A stretch of 64,000 nt of DNA, from the NCBI GenBank assembly GCA_963920595.1, contig OY986946.1:5642001-5706000 (forward strand), in the 5' to 3' direction. The notes under the pieces are model-generated. The model was not told the DNA's origin. It made no database searches and saw only the letters and a list, made by a program, of their open reading frames with translations. Shown piece after piece: positions 49,406 to 61,647 of the stretch. This DNA is from Eimeria praecox (taxonomy: Eukaryota). The translations under genes and the position numbers were made by a program. How positions within the stretch are numbered: position 1 is the stretch's first letter; each line of letters begins with the position of its first letter.

Positions 49406-49484
49406 TTAAGGAACTCGTATGCCCCTGCAGCAGATCGTTGGAGGGTTTTGTTCAAGACGCCTCTTCGGCCCCGTGGGGGGCCCC

Positions 49485-49529
<45 letters not shown>

Positions 49530-49623
49530 GCAACAGCAGCAGCTAGCAGCAGCAGATGCTGCTAGTTTGAAGGAGCTTTCTTTGCATTCTACGGAGAATT
49601 CGTCTCTCCATTCGACAGTAGCA

Positions 49624-49660
<37 letters not shown>

Positions 49661-50196
49661 GCAGCTGCAGCTGCAGCTTGACGGGCTGCAACAGCAGCAA
49701 CAGCAGCACCGCCAGCTGCACTTTTGCTGCTGCTGCTGCTGCTGCAGCAGCAGCAGCAGCAGCAGGAGATAGAGACAGGGGCCTTGAACACCAGCACTGT
49801 CTCCTCTACGACAGACTCCTCAATCACTCAACCTGTGCGCTTGTTAATGCTGCTGCTGCAGCATTGATGCAGCAGCAGCAGCAGCAGCAGCAGAAGCAAC
49901 AACAGCAGCAGCAACAGCAGCAGCAGCACCAGCACCAGCAGCAGCACCAGCACCAGCAGCAGCAGCAGCAAGAATTTCCTGTCAGCTGCCGCTGTCAACA
50001 TTGCGAAGACCCCACAGAGAAAGGACTTCCTGCTGCTGCTGCTGCAGCAGCAGCAGCAGCAGCAGCAGGAGACAGAGAGGAGACACCTGGATTAGCAGCA
50101 AAGACAGCTGCTGCTGCTCCTTGCTGTCTTGCTTCTCAGCTGTCTCAGCGCAGCACACAGGAAGGACTGCTGCAGCAGGCTACTGTCTGTACACCT

Positions 50197-50230
<34 letters not shown>

Positions 50231-51132
50231 GGCAGCAGCAGCAGCAGCAGCAGCAGCAGCGTGTGTCTGATAGAAGCCGGGTGTCTCCTCGTGTTGCTGG
50301 AAGGAGACCGTTATCTGCTGATGAGGCTCCTAGCTGCTTTCCTGCTGCTGCTGCTGCTGCTTCTTTTGCTGCTGCTATTGCTGCAGCGAGAGCGCATCGG
50401 GGACGGCAGCAGGGCAGCAGCGGCACCGCTGCTGCTGCTGCACCTGCTGCACCTGCTGCTGCTGCTTCTGCTTTGCCGCAGCAGCAGCAACCCAGCCGCG
50501 CAGCAACAGCAAGAGCAGCAAAAGCACAAGCAGCAGCAGCAGCAGCAGCAAAAGAAGCAGCAGCAGCAGCAGCAGCAGATCAGCCAGATCTTGAAGGAGA
50601 GACAGCTGCTTCTGCTGATGCCGTGTCTCTTAACTGCAGCAGCAGCTGCAGCAGCAGCTGCAGCAGCAGGCGCAGCAGCAAATGCAGCAGCAGGTGAAGC
50701 AGCACGGCCTGTCGAGTGTAGTATTATATATAAATATTTAAATTATATTTTTTTGTTTTTGTTGCTGCTAGAAAGAGACAGAGACAGAGACAGGTGAAGA
50801 GACAGGAGAGGAGACAGCAGCAACAGCAAAGGAGACACTTTGTAAATTAAGAGAAGAGACGAGTTTAGATAATAAACAAATAAAATAATAAATTTATAAA
50901 TTAAGAGAAGAGACAAATATATATAATAAACAAATAAAATAAATAAAAGGAGAGAGATAGATAAAGAAAGACAGAAAAATAAAGAAAAAAGAGACAGAGG
51001 TAGGAGACAGAGACAGAGAGAGACAGAGAGAGAGAGAGACAGACACAGAGATAGAGACAGAGAGAGAGACAGACAGAGACAGAGATAGAGAGAGACAGAG
51101 ACAGAGATAGAGAGAGACAGAGACAGAGATAT

Positions 51133-51203
<71 letters not shown>

Positions 51204-51875
51204 CAGAGATAGGAGACAGAGACAGAGATAGAGACAGAGAGACCGAGAGATAGGAGACAGAGACAGAGACAGAGAGAGAGAAAGAGGGGACAGAGACAGA
51301 GATAGGAGACAGAGACACAGAGACAGATACACACAGACAGAGACAGAGACAGATAAAGAGACAGACATATAGCAGAGAGAGAGAGAGACAGACGCAGGAG
51401 ACAGGGGACAGAGATATACGAAGAGACAGAGACAGAGACAGAGAGAGGGAGATAGAGGAGACAAACAAAGGAGACAGAGACAGATAAAGATAAGAAGAGA
51501 CAGCAAAATAAAATATATAAAAATAAAAACAAACACAAAAAGATATAAACTACGCGAGGAGACAGAGACAGCACAAGATGCTGCGGAGACACCCGAAAAG
51601 ACAGAAGCAGAGAAACAAATAAATAAAATATAATAAAATATAATAAATAACAAACAAATAAATAAAATAAACAAACAAATAAACAAACAAACATGAACAG
51701 AAAAAGAAGAAAGAGGAGACAGTTAATATCCCGCGTCATACACAACAACGCCTGCTGCTGTTGCTGCTGCTGTTGCTGCTGTTCCTGCTGCTGCTGTTGC
51801 TGCTGCTATTGCTGCTGCTGTTGCTGCTGCTGCCGTTTAGTTTAGAGAAGTGAGAGTCAGCCCCAAGTTCGCGGT

Positions 51876-51914
<39 letters not shown>

Positions 51915-51987
51915 AGGGGTTCGTCCTCTCTCGAAAGCCTTTGTCTGCAGCTAAAGAGCGAAGACGTTGCTGCTGCAGAGACACCAA

Positions 51988-52018
<31 letters not shown>

Positions 52019-52027
52019 AGTGAGTCG

Positions 52028-52064
<37 letters not shown>

Positions 52065-52304
52065 GAGGTACAGCAAGCTACATCGGCAGAGACTGTCTCC
52101 TTAAAACAAAAGGAGACAGATAGCAATACAGCAGAGCCTTCTCTACCTAACTGCAGCAGAGATGAGGAGACAGCAGCAGCAGCAGCAGCAACAGAAGCAG
52201 CAGCAGCAGCAGCAGCAGCAAGACAGGAAGGAGATACAGGGGATGTTGCTGCTGCAGCAGAGACAGATGCAGCAGCTCTACCAGAGGAGACAGAAGAAGA
52301 CGCA

Positions 52305-52339
<35 letters not shown>

Positions 52340-52392
52340 GTTTTTGTCTCTTGGTAGCTTCTGCTGTCCCCTCTTTGCGGTGTATCCTCAAG

Positions 52393-52432
<40 letters not shown>

Positions 52433-52897
52433 AGAAGAAGAGACAGCTAGTCAGGCAACAAATATATTTAATTAATTAATTAATTAATTAATTAATTCTG
52501 TCTCTTCTTGTTTGTCTCTATCTACTTATCTTTCTGTATTTTTCTGTCTCTGTCTCTGTCTCTGTCTGTCTGTCTCCTTTTTTATATCTGTCTCCTTCTG
52601 TTTGTTTATGTTTAGTGTTTATATTTATATCTGTCTCTGTTTATATCTGTCTCCTTCTGTTTATGTTTATGTTTAGTGTTTATATTTATATCTGTCTGTC
52701 TCTCTTTATATCTCTGTCTCCTTTTGTGTGTTTGGTGTCTCCTTTTATAATTTTGTTTTATTTTATGTTTTAATCGAAGACAACAAAAACAAATAAATAC
52801 TTGCTGCTGCTGCTGCTGCAGTTGTTGCTGCTGCTGTTGCTGCTGTTGCTGCTGCTGCTGCTCCGGTTTATGCTTCGCGGGTAGCTGCTACTGGGCA

Positions 52898-52928
<31 letters not shown>

Positions 52929-52931
52929 ATC

Positions 52932-52971
<40 letters not shown>

Positions 52972-53345
52972 GCTAGCTAAACGTTGCAGCCCTCGATTGT
53001 TTGGGTTTATCTGCAGCAGAGGAACCATCAACAGCAGCAACAACAGCAGCAACAACAGCATCAGCAGCAGAAACAGCAGCTGCTGCAGCAGCAGCAGCAG
53101 AAACAGCAGCAGCAGCAGCAGCAGAAACAGCAGCATCAAAGGGCCCCCTTAGGAGACACAAACCTGCTGCTGCTGCAGCACGAGAAGTGTCTCCTGCTGA
53201 CAGCGAGTTTACATTTGCTTCTGCTTCACCGCCTCCAACTGCTGCTGCTGCTGCTGCAGCAGCAGCAGCAGCTGCTGCTGCTGCTACTACAAGACGTCGG
53301 GGCAACACAGACAGCAGGAGCACATGCAGCAGCAGCCCTTCCAGA

Positions 53346-53376
<31 letters not shown>

Positions 53377-53504
53377 GCAGCAGCAAAGAAGTAAAAGCAA
53401 CTCACAGTTACATTCCCTGCTGCTGGTGGCTACCAGCCAGCAGCAGCAGCAGCAGCAGCAGCGAAGAAAGAGGAATACGCCACTGCCAAATTCAAACCGT
53501 GCCC

Positions 53505-53544
<40 letters not shown>

Positions 53545-53627
53545 GAGGAGGTCTCCAGGTTATAGCAACACCAGAGGGGCCCCAAACAATTGTTGTTGGG
53601 GGCCCCTTCTTCTCTTTACATAATCGG

Positions 53628-53658
<31 letters not shown>

Positions 53659-53810
53659 GGCTGCAGCAAGAACACCAACACTACTACTACCAGCAGCAGC
53701 AGCAGCAACAACAACTACAACAACAACAGCAACAGCCTCAGAAGCAGCAGCAGCAGCGTCAGAGGCGGCACCAGCAGCAGCAGCTCCAGCAGCAGCATCA
53801 GAAGCAGCAA

Positions 53811-53845
<35 letters not shown>

Positions 53846-54025
53846 GCAGCAGCAAGGTTTCCTCTGTGTATATGAAGTAGACGATTACGATAGTAAGAAG
53901 CCCTCAAAGATAATAAAAAACAATTCTAGCTCTCTCTCAGATATATATCTTCTACGGGGGCCCCCTGTTAGGAGGCCCCCCCCTCCCCCTGGGTTGCTGC
54001 TGCCCCTGTTAGATACCCTAAACCC

Positions 54026-54063
<38 letters not shown>

Positions 54064-54098
54064 CAGCAGATCACTGGGGGGGCCCTCAGCACCCTTAG
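46864..54098 (+). CDS. Large hypothetical low-complexity protein (poly-Q/A/S), about 1820 aa, 3 exons
   Basis: A 1277-codon open frame with complex sequence between the homopolymer runs. Phase-consistent exons 46864-50693, 51917-52449, 52990-54098 (5472 nt). No domain recognised; the 5' start and exon 2/3 junction are uncertain. Confidence 0.6.
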
Positions 54099-54865
54099 GG
54101 GCCCCTCAGTACCCTGTGGGGCCCCTCAGCAGGCTCAGGGGCCCCTCCTAAACTGTCTCGGGGGCCCCCACCTATACTTCTTCTGCCTTGGGGGCCCCCA
54201 TAATACTACCTTGGGGGGCCCCCATACTACTGGGTTGGGGGCCCCCCTCAGTACCCTTTTAGTTGGGGGCCCCTATGCTGCCGTAGGGGGCCCCTTTTCT
54301 ATGGAGGAGAGAGAGGGACAGAAGCAATTACTCTACTTATCAATAAACCCTAAACCCTAGTAAACCCTAGTAAACCCTAGTAAACCCTAGTAAACCCTGA
54401 TATGGGTGTGTCTTAGATAGTGTTGTTGTTGTGAAGGAGACAACTAAAAGGAGACAGACACACTGACAAGGAGACAGTTATTATTTCTGTGTTTCTATAC
54501 TTAAGCTAGGGGGCCCCTCTAAATGCTGTTCATAGGGCCCCCATTAGGGAGACCCTGGGGGCCCCCTGAATACAGGGTACTACGAGGGGCCCCCCGCAGT
54601 CTGTTAGTTGCTGCCTTCGTGAGTATGGCTACATTGAAAGACCCTAGGGGCCCCCAGGGGGCCCCCCTGAACATAGGGGGGGCCCTCTGAACATGGGGGG
54701 GGGGGGGGGGGGGGGAGGGGCCCTGAACGTGGGGGCCCCCCCATCAACTTATTCTTATTGCTGAGGCTTGACAAAACCCTCTCTATAACCCTCTGGGGGC
54801 CCCCCCCCTGGGGGGCCCCTAATAAGAATGAGAAAGCCTAGGGGGCCCCCCTTGCTGCAGGTTGC

Positions 54866-54953
54866 TTAAAACCAACCCCCTAGCCAACCCCCAAACCCTG
54901 TCTGCTGCTCTGGGGGTGTGGAGGCCCCACTGCTGGGGGTTTCATCATCATTG

Positions 54954-54987
<34 letters not shown>

Positions 54988-57177
54988 GTTCTTCTGCTGC
55001 TACTGCTGCTGCTGTTCTTGCTGAAGCAGCAGAAGAAGCTGACGTGCTCTGAGCATCATCCTCAAGATTTGATACTGTCTCACTCCGTCTGAGGCCTTTC
55101 TTAGGGGGGGCCCCCTTAGAAGGGGCCCCCCCCTTGGGGCCCCCCTTGGGGGCCCCCCCCTTGGGGCTCTTCTCACTTTCCTTTGGGGCCTCCTGTGGGG
55201 CCCCCTTCGAGTTGTCCTTGGGGGCCCCCTCCTCCTGAGGGGCCCCCCTAGGGCTTTCTTTGGGGGCCCCCCTGGGGCTTTCTTTGGGGGGCCCCCTGGG
55301 GCTTTCTTTGGGGGCCCCCTTAGGGCTTTCTTTGGGGGGGGCCCCCTGGGGGGGCCCCTTAGACCCCCAGGGTAAGAGAGAAGAACCCCAGGAAGAAGTT
55401 TTCTTAGAATGTTTGACTGATTGATATATTCTCTCAATTGTTGGAGATCTGAAGGAGAAGAAAATATAATTAAATTAAATTAAATTAAATTAAATTAAAT
55501 TAAATTAAATTAAATTAAATTAAAATAAATTAAATTAAAATATAAACAAATTAAAATATGATTAGAATAGATAAGTAAAATATAAATAAATATAAATGTA
55601 AATATAAAAATAAATATAAAGTTAAGTTGAAGGTGTTTTAGGAGATAAACGATGAAAGGAAGAGACAGAGACAGAGAGACAGAGAGAAACGGAAAGAGAC
55701 AGAGAGAGACAGAGAGACACAGCGAGAGAGGGAGAGAGACAGAGAGAGACAGAGAGAGACAGACAAAGACCGACAGAGACAGAGAGAGACGGAAAGAGAC
55801 AGAGACAGAGAGAGACGGAAAGAGACAGAGAGAGACAGAGAGAGACAGAGAGAGACAGAGATGAGACAGAGAGAGACAGAGAGAGACAGAGAGAGACAGA
55901 GAGAGACAGAGAGAGACAGAGAGAGCCAGAGAGAGACAGAGAGCGGCAGAGGGAGACAGAGAGGAGACAGGGAGAGAGAGAGACAGAAAAGAGAAAGAAA
56001 AGAAGAAAAGAGGGAAGAGAGACAGAAAGGAGACAGAAGAAAGATGTTAGAAAGATAAGAAGGAGACAGAAGAGAGACAGAGAGGAGACAAAAGTATTAG
56101 ACAGAAGAGAGAGACAGAAAGGAGACAGAAGAAAGAGAGAAGGGAGACAGAGGAGAGACAGACAGGAGAGAGAGGAGAGAGAAAGTAGACAGAAGAGATA
56201 TAGACAGAAAGGAGACAGACGAGAGACAGAAAGGAGACAGAAGAGAGATAGAGAGACANNNNNNNNNNNNNNNNNNNNNNNNNNNNNNNNNNNNNNNNNN
56301 NNNNNNNNNNNNNNNNNNNNNNNNNNNNNNNNNNNNNNNNNNNNNNNNNNNNNNNNNNNNNNNNNNNNNNNNNNNNNNNNNNNNNNNNNNNNNNNNNNNN
56401 NNNNNNNNNNNNNNNNNNNNNNNNNNNNNNNNNNNNNNNNNNNNNNNNNNNNNNNNNNCAGGAGACAGAAGAGAGATAGACAGAAAGGAGACAGAGGACA
56501 GACTAAGAAGAGAAGGAGGAGAGAGAGAAAGGAGACAGAAGATAGACAGACACAAAGGAGACAGAAGATAGATAGACAGAAAGGAGACAGAAGATAGACA
56601 GACAGAAAGGAGACAGAAGCGAGACAGAAAGGAGACAGAAGATAGACAGACACAAAGGAGACAGAAGGTAGATAAGCAGAAAGGAGACAGAAGATAGACA
56701 GACAGAAAGGAGACAGAAGATAGACAGAAAGGAGACAGAAAGGAGACAGAAGATAGAGAGAAAGGAGACAGAAGATAGAGAGAAAGGAGACAGAAGATAG
56801 ACAGACAGAAAGGAGACAGAAGATAGACAGAAAGGAGACAGAAAGGAGACAGAAGATAGACAGAAAGGAGACAGAAGATAGACAGACACAAAGGAGACAG
56901 AAGATAGACAGACAGAAAGGAGACAGAAGATAGACAGAGAGAAAGGAGACAGAAGATAGACAGAAAGGAGACAGAAAGGAGACAGTGTCTGATGTGTCTC
57001 TCTCTCTATGGCAGCTACCTGTTATCATTATCTTTAATATATTCGTTTATCTCATCTAATAAATTATTATACTTGATAACAAGATTGTTGTATTTCGTAA
57101 CAACCTCCAAATGTCTCTCTCTAGCTTTCTTAAATCTTTCTGTCTTCTTATCTATTATCTTCTTCAAACCATCAATA

Positions 57178-57214
<37 letters not shown>

Positions 57215-57286
57215 CCTCTGCTTCAGCTTGATTGTCTGCTGCATCCCCCTCAGCCTTAGCTACACGCGATCCTGTATCTCCTCCTC

Positions 57287-57321
<35 letters not shown>

Positions 57322-58633
57322 TGCTGCTGCTGTGTCTTCAGCTGCTGCTGTGCTGCTGCTAGCTGCTGCTGCAGCGCTTTATTTTGTTTGGCTTGCTGCT
57401 GCAGCTGCTGCTGCAGTCTCTGATTTTCTTGCTTCTCCTTCTCTAGTGTCTCCGATGAAGTGTTTAATTTTAAGGATGCTTGGGAGGCTTGCTGCTGCAG
57501 TTGCTGCTGCTGCTGCTGCAGTTGCTGCTGCTGCTGCTGCAGTTGCTGCAGCTGCTGCTGCAGCATCTTCTTTTCTTTCTCATGTTCTTCTCTCTCCTTC
57601 CCTGCTGCTGTCTCTCCCTTCTTCAGTTCTTCTGCAGCTTTGGCTGCTTGCTGCTGCTGCTGCTGCAGTTGCTGCTGCAGTTGCTGCTGCTTCTGCTGCT
57701 GCTGCTGCTGCTGCACTGCTGTCTCCTTTAGTTTCTTATTTGCTGTGTCTCTCTCCTGCTGCAGCATCTGTATACGGTCCTCTAGAGAGGAGACAGTCTT
57801 CTTAAGCTGCTGCAGCTCTGTGTCTTTGGCTCTTGCTTCCTCTGCTGCTGCTTGTTGTTGCTGCTGCAGCTGCTGCTGCTGTTGCTGCTGCTGCGCTGCT
57901 GCTGCTGCTGCTGCGCTGCTCTCTGCTTGTCTCTCTCGCCTCAGTGTCTCTATGACAGCTTCTGCTTCTTTAGTTTTTTGCTGCTGCTGCAGCAGCTGCT
58001 GCTGCAGTGTGCCTAGCTGCTGCTGTATCTCCAGCTGCTGCTGGTGCTGCTGCTGCTGCAGCAGGTCTCGCTGCTGCAGCGCTTCCTGCTGCTGCTGCTG
58101 CAGCTCTTTTTGCTGCTGCAGCTCTTGCTGCTGCAGCTGCTGCTGTAGATAATCTGTTTTCTTCTGTGCTTCCTGCTGCTGCTGCTGCATGCCTTCTAGT
58201 AACTGCTGCAGCTGCTGTGTTTGCTGCTGCTGCTGCAGCAGCTTGTGTGTAGCTTCTCTTAGTTTCTCCTGTGTCTCTCGTACTGTCTCCTCTGCTTTAT
58301 TCTCTGTCTCCAAATGTTGTTTAAGTGTCTCCGCTTCTTTCGCTAGCTGCTGCTGCTGCTGCTGTCTTGTCTCTTCCCTCAGCTTCTTCTCTCTCTCCTC
58401 TGCATCAGCAGCCCGCTGCTGCAGCATTTGTATTTGCTGCTGTTGCTGCTGCAGCTGCGCTGCTGCTGCTGCTGCTTCCTGCTGCAGCTTGTCTCGCTGC
58501 AGCAGCAGTCTCTGTTTCTCTTCGTATGTCTCCTTTAAGATATATTTATCTGTCTCTCTTGATTGTCTCTCTGCTGCTAGTTGTGCTTCTGCTGCTGCTT
58601 TGGCTGCTCTTAGTTTATCTTCACTGTTTCGTA

Positions 58634-58664
<31 letters not shown>

Positions 58665-58872
58665 TCTCTCTCTCAAGTGGTGTAGTGTCTCCTCCAAGGC
58701 CTCCCTCTGCGCTGTCTGCTGCTGCAGGCTTCCTTCTAATCCCGTTAACTGCAGCAGCAAGCTATCTATCTTTTCTTCTCTCTTTAAGCTCGCTGCTGCT
58801 GCTGCTGCTGCTTCCTGCTGCAGCAGGGAGACCTTCTGCTGCAGTCCATCATACAGCTGCTGATGCCGTTTC

Positions 58873-58907
<35 letters not shown>

Positions 58908-59569
58908 AGCTCTTTGTGCTTCTCTTTGCGTCTCTTCTTCTTTACGAACAGCAGCAGCTAGCTTAACCTCAGTTGTAGCTAGCTGGCTAGCTACAGCAGC
59001 TAGCTGCTGCTTCAGTTGCTCTGTCTCTACATCCGTCTTTAATATATATGCTGCCTGTCTCTGTCTCTCTGTCTCTGCTGCTGCAAGTGTCTCCTCTGTC
59101 TCCTTCTGTCTCCTTCTTAGCTGCTGCAGCTCCTCTACAAAGAATGCTTCGTTACCTCGAAGCCTATCTAACTCCTCATGCACTGTCTCTCGAGACCCCT
59201 CTACCTGCCACACAAACCCTAAACCCTAAACCCTAAACCCTAAACCCTAAACCCTAATAATAGAGGAGAAAACTCTAAACAACAGCGTAAAAACAAAACC
59301 TGACTCAGAACTCAAGCAGCAGCAATCTCCATACACGCTAAACCCTAAACCCTAAACCCTAACCCCTAAACCCTAAACCCTAGCGTGTGGTGGACAAAGA
59401 TAAGGAAGCCGTTGAATGTAGGGTTTAGGGTTTATTGTAAGAGTTGAGTGGGGTTTAGGGTTTAGGGTTTTTAAAATACCTCTCGAAGGCGTCTTGCAGC
59501 TTCTGCTGCTGCTGCTTCTGCTTCTTCAGCTGTACGCTGCGCGGCTCCCTTATCTATCTGCAGGTGTCT

Positions 59570-59604
<35 letters not shown>

Positions 59605-59605
59605 A

Positions 59606-59637
<32 letters not shown>

Positions 59638-60056
59638 CAGCAGCAGCACAGAAAATGGCAGAGACGGATAGAAGAAGACCGCTGCCCCGGAACACCATAA
59701 ACCCTAAAACCCTAAACCCTAAAACCCTAAAACCCTAAACCCTAAACCCTAAACCCTAATCTCTCGCACAACCAGAAGGCTTGATCGTCAGAGTCCTGCC
59801 AGTATCTACAAGAAGCCCTTAGGGTTTAGGGTTTAGGGTTTAGGGTTTCTTACAAGACGATAGAGAGCAGCCAGCATCTCCACACATCCCTTAGGGTTTA
59901 GGGTTTAGGGTTTAGGGTTTAGGGTTTAGGGTTTAGGGTTTCTCACACATAGAGTAGTTAACTCCTCTACTTGACGTCTTAGTTGTTCTACTCGTATGTT
60001 TTGCTGAGCACATTCTCCTTCTAACTCAACCACCTGCTGCTGTCTCCTGTCCGCCT

Positions 60057-60087
<31 letters not shown>

Positions 60088-60774
60088 CAACAGCAGCAAC
60101 AGCAGCAGCACAAACAGCAGCACGAATCTATGAAAGGAGAATGCATATTCCTATGAAGAGACAGAAAATAACAAATGAAGATATACAAAACTCAACAAAC
60201 AACACACATAAAACATAGTAGAGGGGACCCTCAAGCCCTCTGCTGCCGCATGCAGGGGACCCTGCAGGGGCCCCTGCAGGGGCCCCTATCCATGTGGGGG
60301 CCTCCGAGGTGCCCCCCAGGGGCCCCCTAGGGGCCCCCTAGGGGCCCCCGAGGGGCCCCCGAGGGGCCCCCGAGGGGCCTGTGGGGGCCCTATGGGGTTC
60401 TAAGGGGCCCCCTCTTGAACCCCTTAGGGCCCCCTTCTTAAGCCTCACATATAGGGGGCCCCCAAGGGCCCCCCCCTAGTACCCTCCATCAAATTAAGTA
60501 CCGTCAAGCCTCCCATACATCTGCTGTCCATCAGGGCCCCCATATAGACCCTATGGGGCCCCATAGGGGGCCCCCTCTATGGGGCCCCGTAGGGGCCCCC
60601 CTAACGGCCCCCTTAAGGGCCCCTAGGGGGCCCCCTTAAGGGGGGCCCCCTAGGGGCCCCATAGAAGGGGCACCAGGGCTCGTATTAGTGTTGTTTAATC
60701 GCCTTTATGATATATAATATAATATGTTTGTTATATAGAAAAATAAAACTATAAAATATTTACTAAATGTTTTA

Positions 60775-60834
<60 letters not shown>

Positions 60835-61094
60835 GTATTAAATAATATAATAATATAATATAGAATGAAGTAAATAAGATAAATAAAATAAACCAAATAA
60901 AATAAATAGAATAAATAAAATAAAATAAAATAAAATAAATAAAATAAATAAATAAACAGAATAAATAAAATAAATAAATAAATAAAATAAATAAAATAAA
61001 TAAAATAAAATAAATAAAACAAAATACAACTAACAAGCTGTTGAAGATTCGACTCTTGACGGATTTGTCTCTGCAGCTCTTCTTCTAACTTCAT
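54866..61094 (-). CDS. Long coiled-coil protein (at least about 1008 aa) with KESP/GAP-rich tail ending [10 protein letters not shown]
   Basis: Exons 61094-61035, 60054-59947, 59569-59480, 59204-57019, 55448-54866 (3027 nt, phases consistent). E/Q/K/L heptad-rich throughout. The start is uncertain (alternative first exon ATG 63161-63141). The intron at 57018-55449 contains an assembly gap that could hide an exon. Confidence 0.75.
56259..56458. other. Assembly gap (200 N) within a GAGACA satellite
   Basis: Run of N, flanked by purine-rich satellite spanning 55660-56985. Confidence 1.
59214..59941. repeat. Telomere-like arrays in alternating orientation within two introns of the coiled-coil gene
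   Basis: AAACCCT at 59214-59256, 59339-59381 and 59699-59758; AGGGTTT at 59420-59470, 59819-59848 and 59892-59941. Confidence 0.95.
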
Positions 61095-61647
61095 CGCGAG
61101 AAACAAGAATAAATTAAAAGGAGACAAATTAAATAAACTGAGGAGACAGAGACAGATAATAAATTAAAAGGAGACAGACAATAAATTAAAAGGAGACAAA
61201 TTAAATAAACTGAGGAGACAGACACAAATAACTAGAAAGGAGGAGACAGATAATATATTAAAAGGAGACATATAATAAATCAAAAGGAGACAAATAATAA
61301 ATTAAAAGGAGACAGATAATAAATTAAAAAGCGACAAATTAAATAAACTGAGGAGACAGACACAAATAATTAGAAAGGAGGAGACAGATAATATATTAAA
61401 AGGAGACAGATAATCAATTAGAAGGAGACAAATAAAATAAACTGAGGAGACAGAGACAAATAAAAAAAGAAAGGAGACAGATAATAAGAAGGAGACAGAT
61501 AATATATTAAAAGGAGACAGATAATAAATTAAAAGGAGACAAATAAAAATAAAGAGAATACAAATAATTAAAAGGAGACAAATAAATAAAAAGGAAACAA
61601 AAGAATAGAAGGAGACACTTGTCTCTAAAATTAGAGAGACAGCGTCA

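Noticed and set aside
55000..55437. [18 protein letters not shown] as the last exon of the coiled-coil gene
   Set aside because: The upstream exon ends in phase 2, which selects the other frame (SPTIERIYQ...GWLGGWF). It would only apply if an exon is hidden in the N gap.
57111..58966. Cys-rich and Leu-rich plus-strand ORFs resembling metallothioneins or signal peptides
   Set aside because: Antisense readings of (CAG)n in the minus-strand coiled-coil exon; the same applies to poly-C and poly-L ORFs across the window.
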